From assembly GCA_904420445.1 (NCBI GenBank), contig CAJFVJ010000001.1:641266-705265 (forward strand): 64,000 bases of DNA, in the 5' to 3' direction. Every line of letters starts with the position of its first letter. Position 1 is the first letter of the stretch. The DNA comes from Candidatus Adamsella avium. Lineage in GTDB: Bacteria; Cyanobacteriota; Vampirovibrionia; Gastranaerophilales; CAJFVJ01. The notes beneath the pieces were generated by a model that was not told the DNA's origin, ran no database searches, and saw only the letters and a program-made list of their open reading frames with translations. Below, piece by piece: positions 8,812 through 18,059 of this stretch. A program made the position numbers and the translations under genes.

Positions 8812-10292
8812 ATTTTTTTGTCTATTTTCGGATCAAATATTTTTACCTGATTTTTGCCGAGAGATTTTGCTCTATAAAGAGCTGTATCAGCATAGTTAAC
8901 CAAGTCTTCAGGTCCCATTACTCCCTGGTCTGTGCTTGCTACTCCTATGCTTACCGTTGCGCTAAAGTTTTCGCCGTTGTTTCCTTCATAAACTTTTTCC
9001 GAGATACGTTTTCTTATACGTTCGAGGGGATAGATTGCACCGTCGACAGATGAGTCTGTGAGGATGACGACAATTTCTTCACCGCCGTATCTGAAAGCGA
9101 AGTCTGTTGTTCTGAGCATTCCAAGAATAGTTTTTGAAATTTCAATCAGGACAATATCTCCGATTTGGTGTCCATAGGTATCGTTTACTTTTTTGAAGTT
9201 GTCTATATCGATTATTGCTACGCTGAAGTTTGATTGTGTTCTTTGAGAGCGCATATATTCTCTGTGGATTATTTCGTTGAAGTATCTTCTGTTATAGAGG
9301 CTTGTCAGCGGGTCGATAATTGTCAGGAGTTTTGTTTCCGAGTACAACCATCTAAGCCTCATCAGCAATTTAAGCTCATCGAGTATAATATTGAAAGTTT
9401 TCAGTTCGGAGTAATTATTTCTCTCTTTGCTATAAAGGCATATTCCTCCCAAGATTGATTTCCCTGAGATAATAGGAATTACGAATGCTGATTGAAATTC
9501 GTCATAGGAGAGAATTTCTTTGTTGTAGTCTGTTATGACCCCTGATATTTTGTAGTTGAAATAATAATCATTTTCTTCAGGGAAAAGTTTTTGGAAGAAG
9601 TCTTCCATAACAGGTATAAAAATGTTGTCATGAACTTTGCAGTTATTTTGATGGAAGTTCAGAATTTTGGGTTCTTTTCCGTCTGTTGAGTTGAAGAATA
9701 TTCCTCCAAAGTCAAATTCTAGGATTGAGTTGAGGAGTTCAAATATTTCTTTTACGAGGGCATTATCATCTTGGAAGTATTCAGAGAGGTGCCTGAATTC
9801 ATTCATAATAGTAGAGCTGATTAGCGCCTGGTCAAGGATTTCGTTTATTTTAAGCTTGTATATATCCTCATCAAAAGTAATGTTGTTGATTGTATTTCTG
9901 TTTGAGGGATAACGTGTAGGTGTGACATCTTTTAGGATTTCATTGACTTCTTTTATTAAATCGTCCGCCGATATATCTTTGTTTATGTACTTGTCCGCTC
10001 CTGCCTTAATCCCCCAGAAACGGTCTATTTTGTTTGAGAGGATAGTGAGAAGTATAACGGGTATGTGTTTTGTGTTTTTATCATTTTTTATGAGCCGGCA
10101 GAGGTGGTATCCGTTGATGTTTGGCATAACAATATCCGAGATAATTAAATCCGGCATACATCTGTTGACCATCTCTATTCCTTCTAATCCGTCCGAAGCC
10201 GTAATAACCTCATAGCCTGCTTTGACAAATGTCATTTTCAGACTTTGAAGTTGTGTTCTGCTGTCATCGATAAGTAGGATTTTTTTATTCAT
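8808..10292 (-). CDS. Response regulator with receiver, central GAF-like region and GGDEF diguanylate cyclase domain
   Basis: The REC domain reads ILLIDDSRT...DLIISDIVMPNINGY...K. The GGDEF domain reads DPLTSLYNRRYF...DIDNFKKVNDTYGHQIGD...RTTDFAFRYGGEEIVVIL. The gene overlaps the CheW gene by 4 nt. Confidence 0.85.
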   Translation of the reverse strand: MNKKILLIDDSRTQLQSLKMTFVKAGYEVITASDGLEGIEMVNRCMPDLIISDIVMPNINGYHLCRLIKNDKNTKHIPVILLTILSNKIDRFWGIKAGADKYINKDISADDLIKEVNEILKDVTPTRYPSNRNTINNITFDEDIYKLKINEILDQALISSTIMNEFRHLSEYFQDDNALVKEIFELLNSILEFDFGGIFFNSTDGKEPKILNFHQNNCKVHDNIFIPVMEDFFQKLFPEENDYYFNYKISGVITDYNKEILSYDEFQSAFVIPIISGKSILGGICLYSKERNNYSELKTFNIILDELKLLMRLRWLYSETKLLTIIDPLTSLYNRRYFNEIIHREYMRSQRTQSNFSVAIIDIDNFKKVNDTYGHQIGDIVLIEISKTILGMLRTTDFAFRYGGEEIVVILTDSSVDGAIYPLERIRKRISEKVYEGNNGENFSATVSIGVASTDQGVMGPEDLVNYADTALYRAKSLGKNQVKIFDPKIDKKI

Positions 10293-10431
10293 AAAGATTC
10301 AACTGGTTTACTCTAGTATAAATTTAGTATAAAATAAGTTTATCACTTAAGTATTAATTATATCATTGTCAGGGATATAAAATAAACAATTTGAATGAAT
10401 GATTTTAAATCTTATATAAGAGGGGATTCAC

Positions 10432-11454
10432 ATGTTTGAAAAATTAGCTCTGGAAAAAAAGATATCCATTATGATATTTTTGCTGCAGGTTTTTCTTGTT
10501 ATCAATATAGTCGGAATGTTTTTTGTCAAAATAGACAGCAATATTTCTGCAATATTTATTGTGTCTTTTGTGATAATGATTATTTATATCGCAACATTCA
10601 AGAATGCTGTGGTAAAAGAGCTTAATCAATATGTAGACAATACAATAAACAACAGCGACGAATTTTCAAAAGAAGTAACAGAAGAGATACAAAAACAAAA
10701 TGAATTGATGAGAAATTATCTCGAAGTTCTGTCAGAGGCGATTTCTTCTGTTGAAAAGCTTTCAAAAACCGTTGCAAAAGCGCAGGATAGCGCAAAACTT
10801 ATATCTGATAAGTCTAAGCAGTTTATGAATGTTTCGAACAAAGAACATGAAACCGTTCAGACAAATATTAAGAAAATGCTTACCCTCAAACAAAAAATAC
10901 AGATTATTGCAGAACTTATACTGGAGTTGAGCGAACATACACAGCAGATAGGCTCAACCATCGGTATAGTTGAAGATATCGCAGAACAGACGAATATGCT
11001 CGCTTTGAATGCTGCCGTTGAAGCGGCAAGAGCAGGCGAACACGGTAAAGGATTTGCCGTTGTTGCAAGTGAAATCAGAAAACTCGCTGATGAAAGCAAA
11101 CAGGCAACATCAAAGATTATTTCTTTGATTTATGACATCCAGCAGGCAACAAATTCAACCGTTATGGCAACGGAAGAAGGATCAAAAGAAATTGAGATGG
11201 GTGTTGAAATTGCTCACAACATAGCAGGCAGCATAGATGAGTTCAAGAATATTATTAATATAACTGTTGATGCCGTTCAGGAGATTGTTGTTGAAACAAG
11301 AGATCAATCAAACAGCGTTGATGAAGTTTCAAAACTCATCAAATCCGTAAATTCAGGATTGAGCATCTCATCAAAAGAGTTATCTCAAAAGCTTGAAGTG
11401 TTATCTGAATACAAAAATCGTTCAACAGACATAACAAACAAAATTGTCGGATAA
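10432..11454 (+). CDS. Short methyl-accepting-type chemoreceptor (two TM helices, signalling domain only)
   Basis: The highly conserved hairpin tip EQTNMLALNAAVEAARAGEHGKGFAVVASEIRKLADESK is present. Two N-terminal hydrophobic helices are separated by about 7 residues. Confidence 0.85.
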   Translation: MFEKLALEKKISIMIFLLQVFLVINIVGMFFVKIDSNISAIFIVSFVIMIIYIATFKNAVVKELNQYVDNTINNSDEFSKEVTEEIQKQNELMRNYLEVLSEAISSVEKLSKTVAKAQDSAKLISDKSKQFMNVSNKEHETVQTNIKKMLTLKQKIQIIAELILELSEHTQQIGSTIGIVEDIAEQTNMLALNAAVEAARAGEHGKGFAVVASEIRKLADESKQATSKIISLIYDIQQATNSTVMATEEGSKEIEMGVEIAHNIAGSIDEFKNIINITVDAVQEIVVETRDQSNSVDEVSKLIKSVNSGLSISSKELSQKLEVLSEYKNRSTDITNKIVG

Positions 11455-11496
11455 AAGATATTTTTTGATATTTTAAACAAGGATTAATCTATTTCT

Positions 11497-14298
11497 ATGG
11501 ATTTTTTGGATGACGAATATAAAGAAATTGCTGAAATATTCAAAAGTGAAACAGAGGAGCATCTTGATAAGATAAATCAATCTCTTGTTGACCTTGAAAA
11601 AAATCCTATGGACAATTTCCTTATTGATAATATTTTCAGAGAAGCCCACAGTTTGAAGGGCTCTGCAAGAATGCTCGGCTTTGATGACATACAGAACCTT
11701 GCTCATCAACTTGAGAGCGTTATGAGTCAGATTAAAACAAAAATCTTTGATATAACTCCTTCTATAATTGATTTGCTGTGCGAAAATACTGACTGCATAA
11801 AGTCTATTGTAGATAAATCAGTGGAAACCAAAGGTACCAAACACAATCCTGAAGTTGATGAGGTTATGAAAAAGTTTGATGCTCTCTTGACTCAGGGAGT
11901 TGTTATTACAGAATCTTTCCATAAGGAAGAACCTGCTTTCTTCGGTGAGCCAGCTGATAATAACGAATATTCAAAAGAGGAAGAAAATCAGGAACCATCA
12001 GGAAATATCGGAGAAGTTTTCAAAGAGCTTGATGAAAAGATTGTAGAAATGAAGGGGAAAGATGTTTATGATTTTTGCTCTGATTTTATTCCTGTTTTGA
12101 ACAAAGCAACCAATTCAATTGAGAGCGCTCATATAAAAGATGTTTTGGTGAATATAAAAAAAGTAATAGAATGTGCAAAACACCATAAATATACTATCGA
12201 TAAAGATTTCTATGATAATATATATTCTGCTGTAGAACTTGTGTGTTCTTATGTTTCAGGTGAAGATATTGACCATGATTCCATAACGTTATACAGCAAG
12301 CGTCTTCAAATTTTATATGAAATGATAGAAATTTATGCTCAGGATATGCCCGTTTCTCTGCCTGAGGTTATGAACATAAAAACAACTCCTAAGTCATCTC
12401 AAAAATCTTTACCGCCACAACCGGCGCAGGAACAAAAGGTTGAAAATGCTTCTCCTCAGCAAAAAATAGAAGAAATGCTTATACCATCGGAAACATGGGC
12501 TATCAAAACGCTGCGTGTTGATACAAGAAAGCTTGATCATCTCGTAAATCAGTCTGGAGAGCTGATTGTTGCAAAAATTAAAACAAAGGAACATGTAAAT
12601 CAGGTTGAAGAAATTCTTACATCTGTTGAAGACTGGTATAAAACATGGAATAAAAATAAGAGATATTTGAGATATTTTGATCGAAAAATTGTCAGCGAAG
12701 CAGATACTTCAAATATGGATGTGAAATTGTACAGCAGAAGCATGTACAATTTTATAGAAGAAAATACCGACAAAATCGTTGATATAATGGGCAAAATACA
12801 GTCGCTTTATCGTACAATTCAGGAAGATGATACAAGACTGAGCCTTGTAATAAATGATTTGGAAAATCTCATCAAAAGCATTCGTGTGCTTCCGCTTGCT
12901 ACAATTTTTCATATGTTGCCGAGGATGGTCAGAGATATTGCAAGAGCAAGAAACAAGGAAATTGAGCTGATTGTTTCAGGTAGTGAAACAAGCGCCGATA
13001 AAAAAATAATCGAAGAGATAAAATCTCCCCTGATTCACATCATAAGAAACGCTGCTGACCATGGTATAGAATCAAGAGAAGAACGTATTGCAAAGGGAAA
13101 AGACCCTGTCGGGAAAATTTATCTGACAGCAAGGCATGTCGATAACAACATATTGATTGAGATTACCGATGACGGACGGGGGATAGATATCGAGAAAATA
13201 AAGGAAAAAGTTCTCGAGAAAAAAATATTATCACCTGATGAACTTGATGCAATGACTCCCCAGCAGATTATGAACATAATTTTCTGGCCCGGATTTACAA
13301 CGGAAAAAGAGGTCACTGAAATTTCAGGCAGAGGTGTCGGGCTTGATATTGTACACACCAAAATAAGCCAGCTCAACGGTAAGGTAAATATTACTTCCGT
13401 TCTTGATAAACGCTGTACTGTGCAAATTCAGCTGCCTGTAACCATGGCAACTTTGAAATCTTTCCTGATAGAAACGGGCTCAAGATTTTTTGCAATGCCT
13501 GCATCTTATATCAAGACAGCTTTTTGGGTAAAGAAAAACGAAATTTTTACAAAAGAAAACTACAAACATGTTATCCACAAGAACCATACCATTCCTGTGT
13601 TTAACCTTGATGAAGTGTTGAATATTGAAACAAACAAAGAGGATAAATCTAATAATGTTATAGTTCTTGTTGTTCAGGATAAGGAGAATGAGGCAGGATT
13701 TATTGTTGAGAAGCTGCTTGGAGAACAGGAAATTTTGCACAAGAGCTTGCCTGCTCCTTTAGTGAGGGTTCCGAATGTATCAGGGATAACCACTCTTGGC
13801 TCCGGCGAGCTGTGTTTGATCTTGAACGGGTCAGAGCTTATCCGCTCGGCATTTGATGGCAGTTATTTAAAGTCAACATTCCAGCCGGAATCGAAAAAAG
13901 AAAAAAATACAAAATACAGGATTTTAATAGCGGAAGACTCTGCTACAACGGGAATATTGCAGAAGAATATTCTGAAAAATGCCGGTTATGATGTTGATAT
14001 TGCAAAAGACGGATTGGAAGCTTTCAACAAAGTGCTTGGGACAAATGAGTATGATTTGTTGATATCTGATATTGATATGCCCGGTTTGAACGGTCTTGAG
14101 CTGACAAAGAAACTGCGTGAAGATTATCAAAAACCTATCCCGATAATAATCGTATCAGCTTCAGATGTGGCATTTGATGAAAGAACTCTGATTCAGACAG
14201 GTGCAAATAAGTTTATTAAAAAGAGCAGGTTTAATCAGGAAGAATTGCTCAGAACAATAGAGCAGCTCTTGTCTGTTTATTCGAAGGATAAAAAATGA
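11497..14298 (+). CDS. cheA: CheA-type histidine kinase with C-terminal receiver (hybrid)
   Basis: HPt motif FREAHSLKGSARMLGF; kinase motifs HIIRNAADHGIE, DDGRGID and GRGVGLDIV; a CheW-like P5 region; and a C-terminal REC (ILIAEDSATT...LLISDIDMPGLNG). Confidence 0.9.
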   Translation: MDFLDDEYKEIAEIFKSETEEHLDKINQSLVDLEKNPMDNFLIDNIFREAHSLKGSARMLGFDDIQNLAHQLESVMSQIKTKIFDITPSIIDLLCENTDCIKSIVDKSVETKGTKHNPEVDEVMKKFDALLTQGVVITESFHKEEPAFFGEPADNNEYSKEEENQEPSGNIGEVFKELDEKIVEMKGKDVYDFCSDFIPVLNKATNSIESAHIKDVLVNIKKVIECAKHHKYTIDKDFYDNIYSAVELVCSYVSGEDIDHDSITLYSKRLQILYEMIEIYAQDMPVSLPEVMNIKTTPKSSQKSLPPQPAQEQKVENASPQQKIEEMLIPSETWAIKTLRVDTRKLDHLVNQSGELIVAKIKTKEHVNQVEEILTSVEDWYKTWNKNKRYLRYFDRKIVSEADTSNMDVKLYSRSMYNFIEENTDKIVDIMGKIQSLYRTIQEDDTRLSLVINDLENLIKSIRVLPLATIFHMLPRMVRDIARARNKEIELIVSGSETSADKKIIEEIKSPLIHIIRNAADHGIESREERIAKGKDPVGKIYLTARHVDNNILIEITDDGRGIDIEKIKEKVLEKKILSPDELDAMTPQQIMNIIFWPGFTTEKEVTEISGRGVGLDIVHTKISQLNGKVNITSVLDKRCTVQIQLPVTMATLKSFLIETGSRFFAMPASYIKTAFWVKKNEIFTKENYKHVIHKNHTIPVFNLDEVLNIETNKEDKSNNVIVLVVQDKENEAGFIVEKLLGEQEILHKSLPAPLVRVPNVSGITTLGSGELCLILNGSELIRSAFDGSYLKSTFQPESKKEKNTKYRILIAEDSATTGILQKNILKNAGYDVDIAKDGLEAFNKVLGTNEYDLLISDIDMPGLNGLELTKKLREDYQKPIPIIIVSASDVAFDERTLIQTGANKFIKKSRFNQEELLRTIEQLLSVYSKDKK

Positions 14299-14885
14299 GA
14301 GAGTGGATAAAAAACTTTCTTGATAAATACGGATGCAAAAAAGGGCATCCGAAAAGAGTTGAAAAATATTCCATGAAATTTTTTGAACTGACCAAAGGAA
14401 TATTGCATGATTTTTCTGATAAAGAGATAGAATATCTTGAAGCCGGCGCTTGTTTGCATGATGTCGGATATGCAGTATCCTCAAAAGAGCATCACAAGCA
14501 TTCTTATGAAGTAATAATGGGTGAGAACCTTGAGGGGATGAATTCAGAGCAAAAGAAAATAGTTGCAAATATTGCCCGCTACCACAGAGGCAGTATGCCT
14601 AAGGAAAATCACAAGAACTTTATTCTGCTTGAAGAGAGGCAGAAAGAACTTGTGAAAAAACTCGGAGGACTTGTCAAACTTGCTGATGGTTTTGACGGGT
14701 GTCCGTTTGCCCCTGAATGTGAGATGGATATAGCTTTTGATGATAGAAACAGGGTTGTTTGCTTCAGGATTTTTACGTCAGAGGATTATTCTTATGAAGC
14801 TCTAAAGCCTGTTTTAAGAAAAAAAGACCTCTTTGAAGAAGGGTTTGACGTTCAGGTTTTGTTTGTTTTTTCAAGTGGTTGTTAA
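14295..14885 (+). CDS. Stand-alone HD-domain protein resembling the C-terminal HD module of Ppx/GppA
   Basis: CLHDVGY...HHKHSYEVI...ARYHRGSMP is the motif order seen in Ppx/GppA-type HD domains. The start overlaps the cheA stop (ATGA). Confidence 0.65.
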   Translation: MREWIKNFLDKYGCKKGHPKRVEKYSMKFFELTKGILHDFSDKEIEYLEAGACLHDVGYAVSSKEHHKHSYEVIMGENLEGMNSEQKKIVANIARYHRGSMPKENHKNFILLEERQKELVKKLGGLVKLADGFDGCPFAPECEMDIAFDDRNRVVCFRIFTSEDYSYEALKPVLRKKDLFEEGFDVQVLFVFSSGC

Positions 14886-15167
14886 CTTTTTTTTCAATTA
14901 TAAATTTTTCTAAAATTTTCTCTTCAATTTATTGTATTCGCAAAACATGGGGAATATAATAAAATTCTCCGAAAGGGAGATAGAGAAAGGAGTGATGGCT
15001 TAGGTCATTGCAAAGTTAAAGAGGAATTAGGTTAGATTATTAAAAATTTTAACTTTGGCAGTGTCAAATTTGGAAAAACGGGGATATGTGTACTCTCTAA
15101 GAAAATATTGCGTAGAGGATAAACAGGGGATTCTGAATATTTTATCTGAGCAATAAATTAAGAACAA

Positions 15168-15197
15168 CAAAACCTCTTTTTATAAAGAGGTTTTTGT
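15168..15197. terminator. Bidirectional terminator
   Basis: aaacctcttt-ttat-aaagaggttt is flanked by A-rich and T-rich runs and abuts the stop of the GH38 gene. Confidence 0.6.
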
Positions 15198-17711
15198 TTA
15201 TTCTTTTGATATGAGTTTGACTGTTTTGAGCTCATAAGGTTTGAACTCAACTGATGAAATGTTTTTCTCTTTTATAATTTCTTCGAGATTAGTTATTTCC
15301 ATATCGAATTTTTTTATGTCTGATTTTATCTTCAGCTGCTGTTTTTTTGAGGATAAGTTAAGACATCTCAGGATTATTGAATGTTCATTATCTTCAGACT
15401 GTTTCAGACTCTGGAGGTATATGTTTTTGTTGTCCGTTTCAAGAAGATAAAGTGAGTCTTCATATCCTTTTTGAGAGTCATCGCCTTCTGTATCAAAGCT
15501 GATTATATTGCCAAAGAATTTGTCTGTTTGCTCAAAGAGCTCGTTTTCATCTTCGTAGGGGTATATTGCATATTTCGCAGAAACTTTGCCTGTGCACTGT
15601 GCTTCTTTGACTTCAAGAGGAGGACCAGCAGGAACTTTTCTTGCTGGATTTTTCGGATTTGACAACAAAGCGGTTGAACGAAGAAGGGTAATATTCAATT
15701 TGTTTTTTTCAACCGAATATTCCTGAAGTCCCTGAGTGATTATTCCGATATTTTGGGTGCAGACAAATCTCTGCATCGGTGCTGTATTTGTCTTTAACTC
15801 CATGCGGGGAGGGATGTTTTTTATTTCTCGATGAATATCAAAGTTCGGATTGAACTCTCTTTTGAGCAATCCTTCCGCATCTTCTGAGATTGTTGATGTT
15901 ATATTTTCTTTCATATGAAAAGATACTGTCAGCATGTGGTCTTTTGATTTGTTATCAAATTCTGTGAGAAATTCAAGAAACTTGCTGTTTGTTTTGAGAA
16001 TAAGCTGCGTTTTGATGAGATGTTTGATTAGCCTTTTGGAGCGGGTCAGTTTTTTTGTGAGGGAGTCAGGTATGCCTATTTCATAGGTTAATTCTATTAT
16101 TCCCTGATGCGGAGTGTTTTTGATTATGCTTGATGATAAGAATTTGGCGTCAATCCCCGTATCATTTTTTATCGGTGCGTAATTGTAGGTATCTCCGTAG
16201 TCAGAGAAGTCTTTTATAGAGTGGTTTATATTAAAAGTTTTGTTTGTTCTTTTGTCTTGGAGGATGATTTTGCCTTTGTTCAGTTCAACTTTCAGATATT
16301 CGTTTTCGAGAGATTTTTTTGTTGTTTTGACTTCTTCAAAATCTTCTTTGAGCATATCATATGAGATAGATTTTATTTCAAACGGCTTAAGCTCAACTAC
16401 CCCCGTATAAGTATAAAGCTCTGTCATATCTTCTGTTATTGGAATTTCCTTCGGGTCATGGAGTTTTTTGAAAGGAAACGCCCTGCTGGTTGTGAGAAGA
16501 GAATATTTCTTTGAAGGAGGGAGTTTTTTGTTTGATATGAACTCAACTGTTCCTCTGTGTTGATAAGCTGAGGGGTTGCAGATTATCAGGTTTGATTTTG
16601 GAAATTTTTTGATGAGGTCTTTTTTGACACGTGCGATGATGCCGTAATTTAGCTCTTTGAGTTTTTCATATCGTATCATCATCTCTCTGTGAACTTCATC
16701 TATGCTGCATCCGCAGATAGAATCATGCGGATTGTTTTGCAGGAACAGTTTCCATCCGTAGTCAAGCTGTGCTTTTCTTGAGGGAGAAATATCAAAAATA
16801 TTACAGAGTGTTTGCAGGGGTTCGCATAATTTTGTGAGTGTATGTGTTGCTTCTGCATGTTGTTGTTTGATATAAGTCCTTGTGCTGTACACCCCCGGGA
16901 GAATGTAGTTTCTTTTGTTGTCCCGAAGCTCGCCTGTATAAGTTTCGAGGTGTTTTGGTTTTATTGCCGAGAGATAGTCAAAGACAGAACCTTCTTTGAT
17001 ATGGTATCCATCAAGTCTTTTATTAACTTCTGCTATTTTGTTTTTTAGATTATCAACGGCTTTGAGGTGGTCTGCGCCAACAGGGAGCAGGATTGTGTTT
17101 GTTGAGTTATATTCCTTGATTTTATCGAGAGTTAATTTGAGAATTTCCGCTCTTTTTTCTTCTGTCACATCAAGCGAGAAGGCATCTTGAAAATAACCCT
17201 GTATTAAATATGTTGCAAGAACCTCCGTGCCGTCTTTTGATTTCCATAAGAACTCTGATTGCCTATCTCCTCCCCCTCTCCAGAAAATTGCGTTTTTGAT
17301 GTCAAAACCGTTGAGGATTGCAGGCATGGCGGAGTTGTGTCCGAAAGAATCTGGCAGATAACCGGCAAAGTCGCAGCACCCGAGTGTTTTTGCCTGTCTT
17401 ATTCCTATGAGCAAACTTCTTATCAAGCTTTCTCCTGATGGAAGGAGTTCATCGCTCAGAACATACCAGGGACCCACATAGAGTTTTTTGTTTTTTATTA
17501 AATTTTCGATTAGGTCTTTTTTTGACGGGAATATTTCAAGATAGTCATCTATGAGGATTGTTTGGGCGTCAAGATAAAATACTGATAATTCATTGCTTTG
17601 AAGTTTTGCGATGATGTCATCAAAAACTTCTATAAATCTGAGTCTGAATTCTTCAAATGAGTGATACCACTCTCTATCCCAGTGTGTGTGCGAGTAAGCT
17701 ATTACATCCAT
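15198..17711 (-). CDS. Glycoside hydrolase family 38 alpha-mannosidase / mannosylglycerate hydrolase-like
   Basis: The N-terminus AYSHTHWDREWY and the motifs LDAQT and PDSFGH are GH38 signatures. The length is 837 aa. Confidence 0.85.
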   Translation of the reverse strand: MDVIAYSHTHWDREWYHSFEEFRLRFIEVFDDIIAKLQSNELSVFYLDAQTILIDDYLEIFPSKKDLIENLIKNKKLYVGPWYVLSDELLPSGESLIRSLLIGIRQAKTLGCCDFAGYLPDSFGHNSAMPAILNGFDIKNAIFWRGGGDRQSEFLWKSKDGTEVLATYLIQGYFQDAFSLDVTEEKRAEILKLTLDKIKEYNSTNTILLPVGADHLKAVDNLKNKIAEVNKRLDGYHIKEGSVFDYLSAIKPKHLETYTGELRDNKRNYILPGVYSTRTYIKQQHAEATHTLTKLCEPLQTLCNIFDISPSRKAQLDYGWKLFLQNNPHDSICGCSIDEVHREMMIRYEKLKELNYGIIARVKKDLIKKFPKSNLIICNPSAYQHRGTVEFISNKKLPPSKKYSLLTTSRAFPFKKLHDPKEIPITEDMTELYTYTGVVELKPFEIKSISYDMLKEDFEEVKTTKKSLENEYLKVELNKGKIILQDKRTNKTFNINHSIKDFSDYGDTYNYAPIKNDTGIDAKFLSSSIIKNTPHQGIIELTYEIGIPDSLTKKLTRSKRLIKHLIKTQLILKTNSKFLEFLTEFDNKSKDHMLTVSFHMKENITSTISEDAEGLLKREFNPNFDIHREIKNIPPRMELKTNTAPMQRFVCTQNIGIITQGLQEYSVEKNKLNITLLRSTALLSNPKNPARKVPAGPPLEVKEAQCTGKVSAKYAIYPYEDENELFEQTDKFFGNIISFDTEGDDSQKGYEDSLYLLETDNKNIYLQSLKQSEDNEHSIILRCLNLSSKKQQLKIKSDIKKFDMEITNLEEIIKEKNISSVEFKPYELKTVKLISKE

Positions 17712-17714
17712 AGG

Positions 17715-17846
17715 TCATTTGCTCCGTAAGAAAAACGGTAAAATCAGTGCGCCAAAGAAAACATTATGCCCAAGACTGCTCAGAAAAACACTCAAAAGAA
17801 CTGATATGACAATTCCTGCAAATAACAGTTTGAAGTTCAGATTCAT
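17715..17846 (-). CDS. Candidate 43-aa small membrane protein (not in the ORF track)
   Basis: The ORF encodes MNLNFKLLFAGIVISVLLSVFLSSLGHNVFFGALILPFFLRSK. A GGAG lies 5-6 nt upstream of the ATG. The TGA stop is 3 nt before the GH38 ATG. Confidence 0.35.
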   Translation of the reverse strand: MNLNFKLLFAGIVISVLLSVFLSSLGHNVFFGALILPFFLRSK

Positions 17847-18059
17847 GATTTTCTCCAGTCGGGCGTTATTAGTTTTAGTTTATCGAATGATAACATATTG
17901 TTCATCATTTTAATACATTAGAGTATCGCTCTGATGGTATACAACTTTATTATCTTCATGGCTATTGTTTGAGGAGTTTATAGTTATTAACTTAAAAAGA
18001 TGAATTAGGATATACACTCTGATTTAAATTCATATTTTATGCCTCAGGGAATATTTTTC

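Noticed and set aside
8374-8850. 158-aa plus-strand ORF antisense to the CheW and GGDEF genes
   Set aside because: It overlaps two well-supported minus-strand genes. Its composition is Cys/Phe/Tyr-rich with no motifs.
14161-14568. 135-aa minus-strand ORF spanning the cheA/HD junction
   Set aside because: It is antisense to two translationally coupled genes that have clear domain motifs.
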